A stretch of 61,616 nucleotides of DNA, filler included, from Choristocarpus tenellus KU-1152 (Eukaryota; Protista; Phaeophyceae), in NCBI GenBank assembly GCA_964200185.2. It is 13 parts of 13 records of this genome, joined end to end, with 100 filler letters (N's around TTAATTAATTAA, not from the genome) between each part and the next. Parts side by side here need not be neighbours in the genome. Positions count along the whole stretch, not along the records: positions 49,450 to 52,730 come from CAXNAD020021066.1; positions 52,831 to 55,632 come from CAXNAD020024619.1; positions 55,733 to 61,616 come from CAXNAD020009515.1; 10 more parts are not named here. The stretch is one strand, 5' to 3'. The first letter of the stretch is position 1. The number at the start of each line of letters is the position of its first letter. Under the pieces are notes generated by a model that saw nothing but the letters and a program-made list of their open reading frames with translations, was not told the origin of the DNA and did not search any database. Made by a program: the position numbers and the translations under genes. Shown one piece after another: positions 52,401 through 61,616 of this stretch.

Positions 52401-52730
52401 GTGAACTTTCGGGTGGAGGAGATAATCTCATCAGCGGTGACAATGATCTCGGCGGGCTCGAGGAAACAGACTCTTCCTCATCGGACAGTGACAAGGAAGA
52501 AGCTGGCACCAGTAGATGGGTTTGGCCTCGTGCTACCTTTACATCGGCGTACTATGGAAACCTCGTCTCCGTGCAGGAAGGCAGGTTTGCCTTTTTTGTG
52601 GCAACAGAGGTGCCGCTCTTGGTCGGCAAGATCCGAGCGGAGCGCGTCGGCGAGGACGGGGAGCGTGGGGTGGATCTTCACTGGCTTCGGCCGACCAGTG
52701 ACCACACACGTGCCAACGTCGCGTTTATGA
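49450..52730 (+). pseudogene. Spliced Sola-like transposase gene, frameshifted and partial (exons ~49560-49723, 50566-50678, ~50930-51078, 51436-51872, 52241->52730)
   Basis: GCNLVCTATHLVLTRL...AHWQ|VDNNVSEN(+1)KKNFFLGYSGLLV...HFMIVRHTHIKIDQIFS|xFSRGIK resembles the Q.DN...ENKN...GHTH..IDQ.FS core; GT-AG junctions are in phase. Confidence 0.65.
50299..50556 (+). mobile_element. MITE family A copy with TTTG TSD
   Basis: TTTG|GAGTGAAAGTATCTTAGAGGG...TTTGGCTC|TTTG. Confidence 0.93.
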
Positions 52731-53709
52731 NNNNNNNNNNNNNNNNNNNNNNNNNNNNNNNNNNNNNNNNNNNNTTAATTAATTAANNNNNNNNNNNNNN
52801 NNNNNNNNNNNNNNNNNNNNNNNNNNNNNNGATGCAGGCAGGAAAGATAGACAACAACAACACACCAAAAAAATGAAAAAAAATAAAAACAGTATGCAGC
52901 CCCCTTACAGGAGACAGTAACGCATACTCCGTCAGTAACGCCGTTCCTCAAAAAAGATACACGAACTCGCACACACACCCTATATATATTTATTAATATT
53001 TCCTGAAGAGAGGAGCAGCAGACAAAGAAGATAAAAAGACCTCTGACAATCGTTAGCCCTGCCTCTTCTTTTTTTTTATGTTTAATGCCACAGGGGACAT
53101 CATAGACTGTTCTGCGAGTAACTGAGTTGATCGTGTGCACAATTTCTTTGCCACAATTGTTGATACGTGACGAAAATGGCAAAGAACAGAAACAAACAAA
53201 CAAAAGAAAACAAAGGGCCGTTGAGGAGAACAGTCGGACTGACATGGGAGCAAGGCCTAGAAATCATTGATACAATGCTCTCACGGTTGAGTTAAACATT
53301 TTTGGGGGGCTATTCTGGTGGTAACAAAATGGACTCGCTATTGACACTGAAAATATGTCGAGAAGGATGAAGTCTCTGTTACACCGACGCAAATTGCACA
53401 CTCAACAGTCAGAAATCAAGTAGCATAGGTAGCACAGGGGACGGGGAGGGGGCGGCGTCTCAACAACTACGGCGTACGTCAGGTAGGACTCTCTTCGAAA
53501 AATATCATGTTGTCAAAGGTTGGATGGTAGGACATTAGAGGCAGGCACCCCAGGTTACTATTTGGATGCAAGCCATCTAGATATGGCATTGGCACTCCTT
53601 TTCTCGTTTCTGTAAGAGGGGGGAGATTTTTTTCGGTAATACTTGAGTAAGTCTCTATGAAGTTCACCACGAGAACAACGATACTCCATAACTACGAGTT
53701 GACAACTTA

Positions 53710-53905
53710 ATGCCCAACCACCCACATCTAACATCATCACGATACCCCGAGACATTCCAACAGATACACGCATATCCACAGAACCATATCCTTCCACCAT
53801 GCAGCATAATGCCCAACCACTCATATCAAACATCACTATACTCCAAGACACTCCAACAGATACACGCATATCCACAGAACCATATCCTTGCACAATGCAA
53901 CATCA
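53710..53905. repeat. Two-copy ~99-bp tandem repeat (intronic)
   Basis: atgcccaaccac...tccaacagatacacgcatatccacagaaccatatcctt occurs twice. Confidence 0.9.
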
Positions 53906-53916
53906 TGAATTCTCAC

Positions 53917-54582
53917 CTTCATCAAAATGCTAAGATTGGACTGAAACTGCTCTGCGCTTGTCCCAGCCTGAAGAGCACACTTGGAGTACCCTTCCAAGAA
54001 CTCGTCAAGGGTTGCCACAAAATTCGGACTATTGATCTGGGCGGCAATCCCCTCCTTCACCTGTAGTAACGAGGAACAGGTAGGATAAGCTATTACGTGG
54101 AACCAGGGAGTGTCTCGTGCTAAAGCGAACAGGTGGTGTGGTCTTGCGATACATACTTAGTATCAATGACGTGCATGCTCAGCAAACGTTAACAAAGGAG
54201 TACAGTGTCAATCTCTCAGCAGCTCCGCCAGGGGAGAGCTCTCGAATAACACATATAATCGCCTCCAACAAAAGAAAATAGTCGAAAAACTTGATATTAG
54301 AGATGGAGGCATTGTATACACCACCATCTGCACCTTAGAAGTGAAGCCTCGGATGGTGGCCTCCCTAACAGCCTCATCATCCTTGACAGTGCTGGAACCA
54401 ACAGCTTCTGTTGTTGCTCGCAGGACGAACGTCGATGACGGCTCCTTCCACCTTCCCACCAGCGTACGGGGAGCTGACTTGCACGTGTGAGGTGCAGCAG
54501 TCAAGAATCCATCCGTAGTTGGGGTGGTAGCCATCAGGCAAAGGAAGGCACACCATAAGCAGACTCGAGCTTCCCACGCCAT
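53917..54582 (-). CDS. Plastid-targeted protein, first two exons (54582-54334, 54060-53917); possibly plastid glycerol-3-phosphate acyltransferase
   Basis: Signal peptide ending TDG|FLTA (ASAFAP-like) plus a transit-like region; exon 2 VKEGIAAQINSPNFVATLDEFLEGYSKCALQAGTSAEQFQSNLSILMK resembles the GPAT N-terminal helical domain. The gene call is firm; the product is tentative. Confidence 0.65.
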
Positions 54583-55095
54583 GATGGTGAATTCGTCAGG
54601 TTAGGGAAGGCGCCAGCGAGAACAAGGCAACCAGTGAGAATCCCGGATTCCAAGGAAACGAGACAAGGGAGGAAATAAGGGATCACCAATTCATGCTGGT
54701 CAACAACAACAAGAGAATAGACAGCGACAACAGACTTCCCTAACCCTATTTGAATATTTTGGTTATATTATTAATAATATTATTTTATTAAACTTGGAAT
54801 ATAGTAGTTTTATGGAGAGAGAGGTGTAGAGTCCTATAGCGTGGTACCAGTAGCTTCGCTCTGTGGGGTTGTCCTGTCATAAATTTTAATGTAGACATCA
54901 GATGAAAAAGATAAAAAGCATATTCGTAATGCCCGTCACAATGTCGTCCAGAGTACAGGTTTCGTTATTTTTTCTCACTATTATTTTCTTTTTATGAAGA
55001 AAGACTGCGAACCATGGATTGTAGGTCACAGTGGTAACAGATGCACTATTACTTGATTAAAGTGTAGGGTTTAGTCGAGAAAAAAGCCTCCCCAC

Positions 55096-55380
55096 CCTTT
55101 CTTCCTGTGTGTTCGCGCACCCACTCGATGACCTTGACAAGGATTTCCTCGTCGAGGCCCAGGATGAAACGCCTATCATAGCGCCCTTGCTCCGACACCT
55201 CGATGTGGCCCTTAGTTAGGAAGTCTCTCTCCCATTTACTCACAGTTTCCGACCTGACCATCGCATATCCTGCTGCCATCTCGAGCACCGTTTGACGGTC
55301 TTTCCCGTCGTTCATACACACGTACAGAATTCGCAGTGTTAGAGCCTTAACTATCACATTTCCTTGTTGAGCGCAAGAAC
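55096..55380 (-). pseudogene. N-terminal fragment of a Tc1/IS630-related transposase
   Basis: TVSKWERDFLTKGHIEVSEQGRYDRRFILGLDEEILVKVIEWVREHTGRKG; broken upstream. Confidence 0.45.
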
Positions 55381-55732
55381 TGGGCGTTGTCCGTGTTTTC
55401 TGGACAAGTGATTTTTTATCACCAAGGTGCAAGGGCGAGGGAGGATAGGCTTGAGTTGGTCGAAAATTGTGTTGATTTCTCAAATAAATGCAGGCTGGGA
55501 GAAAGCCTTGATCAACGTTATACGTCCAACCCCAGGTCCAGGAACAAAAGCGATTGTATGGCATCTTGCAAGAAGTGGGAGACACCAAACCATTGGTGTG
55601 CAAATAGTCTCAATCTCACCTCCTCTTCTTCCNNNNNNNNNNNNNNNNNNNNNNNNNNNNNNNNNNNNNNNNNNNNTTAATTAATTAANNNNNNNNNNNN
55701 NNNNNNNNNNNNNNNNNNNNNNNNNNNNNNNN

Positions 55733-55797
55733 ATGGGAAGCCAAGCCCCAAATGGACGAACAGGGCAAAACTCGTACCCTCTAAGATACTTTCACTC
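55733..55797 (-). mobile_element. MITE family A end at contig start
   Basis: ...CTCGTACCCTCTAAGATACTTTCACTC. Confidence 0.9.
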
Positions 55798-58299
55798 TCA
55801 TATTGGTCCCCGCCCCGTGCTTGCTACTTCTTCATGGCACATGCAGGTGTCGGAGGCCATGACGGAGTTCTGGGCCGATGGTGAGGCAGACCTCCTGAGC
55901 TACCGCAACTTGTATCGCATAGAGGATACAGAGCAGGGGTTTCAGCGGGTCCAGGTGAGGAGATGTTCATGCTCCTCGCGAGCTCTACCTATGATCCATG
56001 ACTGAGAATTTATTTTATTTGACCTTGTTGATGGCTAAGTTTGTAGCAAAATATTTATGAAATGGTAGGGGGTGTAGTCACCAACCCATTGAGTAGATAG
56101 GATATAGAGTGTGACCTCGTCAGGAGGGAGCACTTGACTGGCATCCAACCTTTTCCACACAAGGATGGGACAAAGTTGGTCTGCTCTACTTACAAGGATG
56201 GTTGAAGTTTGTCCATGGAGCTACTTTTCTATTGATGAGAAAATAAAGGGGACACATAGCGCTAGGCTATTCTGGGTACAGGAAATCAGGCTACATCATT
56301 TACCTGCACTCCACCCTCTGTCACCAATTCCACTACAGCACAATCCGACCACAATCCACAAGTGTTGTACAAATCAACCTATATGCACAACCCGCAGTAT
56401 CAAATAGGTTGGGTGGTGGGTTGACAAGAGATCCAATAGTAAATCAAAACACAACAAGAAATCATTACATTTATATCCCCCGTCCAATTGCCCACCGATT
56501 TGTTACTGTAAATCTGTGGGATTCCCCTTCAATCATTGATTAGCACGTCCAAAACTGGTGTAGTAATCATACCATTCTGCCCGTTGTGCTCCACCGTATG
56601 TTTGACCAAGGAATGTGTGCTTGGGGCTTGATTGTGGAAATGATCTGAAGTCCGCTATAGGTTGGGTTCTCTGCAAGATCAGTAGATGTTGAGCACTTTG
56701 ACTGCAACACAGATTTGAACATTTGATGCAAGTTGAGTTTTGAGGAATCTTCTGTTGATTGTTGAAGAGGATGGGGTAGAATATCCTATTTTCGCCCAGG
56801 AGTAGGAATGTATAGGCACCTGTTGATCTATTTATGCCACCAACGGTACAGTTTTGTACAAATACCTGTAACGGTCACAAAGGCTCGCATGACTGATGAG
56901 AGACTCACGGTGATGCTATACATTAAGTGCATGCATCCAGTCACTTTCTGTCCACTTGCTCACTGGTCCACTGTTGAGTCCTTGTGTTGGGATCATGGAC
57001 TGATACTGATGATATTCCTCTGCAGGATGCTCCTCGAGTCTCTAGGAGGATGCAGCATTGCATTGAGAGGGTGAAGCAGAAGACACATATGTACTGGGTG
57101 AGCTTGGCAGGGTTTGCACTCCCGGGGTCCCTAGAGCTTTTGGTCTGTTCGAGTATTGTTCCTGTGGTAGAGATGTCAATTGCATGTATGACAATAATTG
57201 CACTCCCTAGGACTACTTTCACATATGATGATCCGTTTGATTTTTGAGTAGAAGGAAGGTGTTGTCATGTGTGCTGTGCACAGTGCACAGTGCACAGTGC
57301 ATGTAAGATGTTATGTAACGAGGATGAGCTGATGTGTGTATATTGTTATCTCCTGTGAGAACTTGCCATGTCTCATCTCTCTAGGCTGGTCTGTGGTGTA
57401 AGACTGTCGTGCCTTAATCAGCGATATTTTAGGACCATTTTTTCTTCACAAAGGATAAATTGTTTTCAAGAAGTGAGTTATGCGGGAGTTGCAAAGGCTT
57501 GGGGGGGCTATGACATGGTGTGTACTTGAGGTTACGAATCCTGAGGCCAATATGGGTGTTGAGCGATAGGAGTTGGGAATGATATTTCTAATATTAAAAA
57601 TTTAATTATTGAAATTAACTCAATTTGTAACTTTGAGTTATTTTTTTAAAACACCTAATAAAATTAATTTTTTTAAATATTTTGTTTTTTTAATAAAAAT
57701 TATCTTTGGAAACATTTTTTACAAAAAATAAAAAAAAGTAGTTTAAAACAAATTAATAATGAAGTGACTTCAAAATATGTGACTTTATTTCAAACAAAAA
57801 GTAACACATTGCCTAAGAAAATATCGAGTACATACATACATGTTATGCTCAATCCTCCATCACCAACTCCCATGTACCGTTAACCCAGTAGGCAGCCATC
57901 CGCCCTCTTTCACAAGCTTGATCATTTTCCCGATACAGGTAGGATCATCGTGTGTGCACCTTGGGGATCACTGTGTTCCTAATGCGCTAGTGTTCCTGGA
58001 GAAGTATGCCCAGATCCCGAACCTTCTCAACCCCATCCTTCAGGTCTGTTTGAGTGTCAAAATGAGTGTTAAGAAATTACTCAGGTGCTGAGTGAGCCTA
58101 GTCCACTCTATTTGTTGTATAGTACCAAGCAGAAGAGATTGATTCTCGCGTCCAAGTCATCATTTCCCCTAGAAAAGCCTTGAACAGAGCTAGCTCTCTG
58201 TTTATGTTGCGTACTGCACATCAGCATCACTAGTTGGTTATCACAAAAAAGACGTTTGTGCGTGTGTGTGTGTGTGTGTGTGTCCCCAAAAATGTATTT

Positions 58300-59700
58300 G
58301 ACCCTAGCATGTTTGCTAGGGTCTCTACCCAAAACTACCTGATAGGGACCCTGTTGTCAGTCTTGACCCAACCTACAGTAACAACCTACTATAGAGAAGA
58401 CTTACTAAAATGGTCCAAGTATTTGTTTATGTTGCTAGATAGCATTTCTAGTGCCCTGGTCTCTCCTGTCCATAACTGGGTCGTACAAGGACTTCTTTCA
58501 TCTTGATCAGCATCTAACCCAAACTCAGTATGAGGCCTTTGCTCTCAGGTTATGCTTCAAACATACCAATAATCCTCCCCTCCATTGTTTCACACAAGCA
58601 CATGCATTCCCAAACTAATGAGTACTGTATGACATGCCTGTCTAACACTACTTAGTGAACAGAGCATACGGCAGACTCCATAAATTTCTGCTATGTTCGG
58701 ACCATTTGATGTGCTATCCCAGCACGATCCAGCTTTGCCCCTTACCGTGTCAGGTTTTCGTATGTGTCTGCAAGGCCTTTTCCTAGTTGCAATCCCCCAC
58801 CATACATTTCCCACTTCCTCTCTTCAGGCTGTTGACTTCCTCGACAACCTTCAAGATGGTCCCGAGAAGATATCGATTGAGGTTGCCTTTGGGGACATCA
58901 GCAGCTGCATGACCAAGATCCTCCAAAGCTTTTTCTCTGAAGGGTGAGTCACTTTGAGTTCTTCTCATGGTGTTGGAAAGGTTTACATGCCTCTCACAAA
59001 CGAGGATATTCTTCAATTTCTCCAAGATCAATTGGTATGTATTGGGCTGTATGCCAACCCCAATATTGAGGCATATTGCAGTGAATCAAGTCCCTTCAAT
59101 GTATGCGGTCTTAGCCAAACGTTTACTGTCACTTGGAGTAGGCACCTGGGGACTACATTGGGATCACCAATAGAAGGTATGCCCACCTCGAGTTATTTAG
59201 TATGACACCTAGTTGATTCTGTAAAGGGCAGTACTAATACACAGGTAGTTCACAAGATCAACACGGTCTAGAGGGAAACCAAAAACTCATCTCTCATTAT
59301 TGAGGTGCAAGTGTTGTGAAATCTGTAGTTATGTGGCTTGCAAGATAGACCAACAACACTATCATTTGATTTCCCTCCTTTTGTATGGTGCTTCAGCTGT
59401 CTGCGTATTTGTTCCTTTGCATTTTTCCCTCCGGTTTTGATAGATGGTATCAGCCAGGTGGGATTGCCTGAGTAGAAAATGTGTGACCATTTTCTTGCTC
59501 TTGTAGAGGTAGCTCTAGGGCACACAACTTACACAGCTCTGAGCTCACAGGGCCCGTTAAGCATCAGGTTTTACAAGTACATTCGAGGCCATTACTGTTG
59601 ACAGTTCTTGATGTTGTATTGGAGGAGATTGGACATACTCCAGAGTACTGTGCTCAGAATGACAGCACAGTGAGGTTTGTTGATCTTAACGCATTATAGA
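58300..59700 (+). mobile_element. Possible degenerate non-LTR retrotransposon RT
   Basis: LQDQLVCIGLYANP...RHLGTTLGSP resembles RT domains 6-7 (GL..N..K...YLG.PLG); many stops. Confidence 0.35.
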
Positions 59701-59989
59701 GACCAATGGAGTCATGGCATGAAGCAATGCTATCATTGCGTAGGTCAAATCATCCCTGGTGTTGCAATTGTCATTTTGGGGGACTGCTTTCAACCTACTC
59801 CCAGTCATTGATCGTGCTTCACCACCCATGACCCCTTGTTGCCCGTATTCCTTTGTATATATTTTCCAATGACGTGCATTGATCCTCGTACCCATGAACA
59901 TACCCACATGAGCTGTTCCCTGCCATGCTGCCCACGGAAATACAAAACCTTGAAGGTTCAATGGGTCCGGAGGCCCAAGTCGAATCGAA

Positions 59990-60900
59990 TCAGGGGATTG
60001 CATTGATGGACGCCTCACCAGTGCGTGGAACTGGTGCTCCAATATCAAGGAGCAGCCTTTCTACTTTGTGTTTGCACTGAGCGGCTTCACTGGGTTCAAC
60101 GGTGGGCTCGGCAGCTGAAGATATTGTATGGAGCCCATTCCAATATTCCCAGCTTTGGATTGGAGCATCACCTCAGTGTTGAGGTACCCTGATGATGCCA
60201 AGCAGTAGACCTTGGGTGAGAGAGGAGTGAGGAGGGGATCATAAGCAGACATGTCAGAGTGCACTCAGTGAACGTGGTCATGTATTATTGCCCTACCTAT
60301 GGTGAAGCTGTAGGTTTGAGTGATAGCCTACCAAGGTTGCGCGAGAATTGTGGTTGAGCTTAGTGGAAGGGTCGACCTTTGGTAGCAATGATTTGATTCT
60401 GAGATCCAGGGCGGAGCAATGGATAGGAAGAGAAAATGTAGGTAGATTATTTGGAGTGAGCACATGGATCCGGAGTCCCAAGTTGAGTAGAAATGGAGGG
60501 TTGAATCGATAGAGTCCTCACCAGTGTGTGAAAGTGGTGCTCCAATATCAATGAGCAGCCGTTCTACCTTGGTTTTTGAGTTGAGTACCTTCACTGGGTT
60601 CAATGAAGGCTTTGGCAGCTGAAGATATTTGTATTGGTGCCCATTCCGTCATCCCCATGTGTGGTCTCGATCGTTTCCCTGGTATCTGGCTACCCTGAAT
60701 TAGGCAAAGTGGTAGGGACCATGGCAAAGCAGTAGGGATCATGAGTATGAGAGAGGGGCAAGGAGGGGTTCAGGGGTGGAGATGTCAGAGTGCACTTGGT
60801 GAACATGGTCGTGCATTGTTGCCCCACCTTGAGTCAAGGTGTGTATGGGATAGGGCCTACCAAGTGCATGGAAAATTTGTGTTCTGGCTTGTGGAAGTGT
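59990..60900. repeat. Diverged ~500-bp tandem duplication
   Basis: ggtgctccaatatcaa.gagcagcc...cttcactgggttcaa...ggcagctgaagatatt at ~60033 and ~60536; atgtcagagtgcact at ~60251 and ~60782. Confidence 0.85.
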
Positions 60901-61391
60901 CAATCTTTGATGTCGAGGATGGTATTGTTCAGAGAGTCATGAGGGGTCACAATCGGTAGGAAGGGGGTGATTGTGTGTTGTGAACGCCTCTTTTGTGACA
61001 TGTCAGATGCTCTGGGTGCTGTAGTGCGTACTGCTGGTTAGGTCCGTACCTATTGGGTAGAAGAGTACTACCGGTGTTACATTGTTTGTCTGTTCGTTTG
61101 CATATTATGCCGATGGATGTTTGTGTCTTGCATGTTGACTGTGTGTGGCTGTACAGCACTGCTGGTAAGTTGTTGCTATCATGACTTCATTTCTCCAAGT
61201 ATGCTGTAATTCAGAGTATCTATTTGTGCTTTGGAGGATGGAACAGTGGTTGTAGTGACACCGATTGCTTGTAGATGATCGATTGTTTTTGTAGTATGCC
61301 TACAAAATAGATACAAATATTGGAGCTTGTGGGAAAGGATGTGGTGAGAATTAAGGGAAAGCATGCCTCCGTCCTGATCTGGTGTAGATTA

Positions 61392-61568
61392 GGCTCAAAA
61401 TATCTGGCGGGGGTGGCGACTTTCCATTTGGGGCCTATATTTCCATGTCACAATTTTTGGGTGATTTGGTTGCATGTGTCGGATGGATAATGTAAGTGCA
61501 ATTTTACTGGTTAGGGGAAAATTGACACCCTGGTGTAGACCCCCCCCCCCCCCCCCCCCCCCCCCCCA
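61392..61568 (-). mobile_element. MITE family B copy (distal TIR lost after a long C-run)
   Basis: GGCTCAAAATATCTGG...GACACCCTGGTGTAGAC(C)n. Confidence 0.85.
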
Positions 61569-61616
61569 CCTTCCCTTCATCCCGAACATGGGTGTGATGC
61601 TGGGGGCCGTGTCTAC

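Overview
This window is eukaryotic nuclear DNA, most likely from a stramenopile alga (brown-alga-like). The basis is the H3/H4 sequences, short GT-AG exons separated by long introns, a bipartite plastid-targeting N-terminus and TTAGGG-type repeats. It is not one locus. Twelve artificial N44-TTAATTAATTAA-N44 linkers join 13 short contigs, so neighbours across a linker mean nothing biologically. Intact genes: a divergent H3/H4 pair, each followed by a histone-type 3' stem-loop. Partial genes: myosin motor exons, a probable plastid G3P acyltransferase, a Cys-rich single-pass membrane protein and a beta-sandwich repeat protein. Most of the rest is transposon debris from Copia, mariner, pogo, Harbinger, Merlin, LINE and Sola-like elements. 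Three observations stand out. (1) Two related MITE families share a CAAAGTATCT terminal core and a subterminal GTCCATTTGGG motif and have 4-bp TSDs (Sola-like); spliced Sola-like transposase relics are also present. (2) A 59-nt copy of a mature tRNA-Ser 3' half (CCA present, G at wobble position 34) sits between 29-bp direct repeats. (3) A 480-bp segment contains nested hairpins and inverted repeats. Family assignments come from motif recognition by eye, not database searches.
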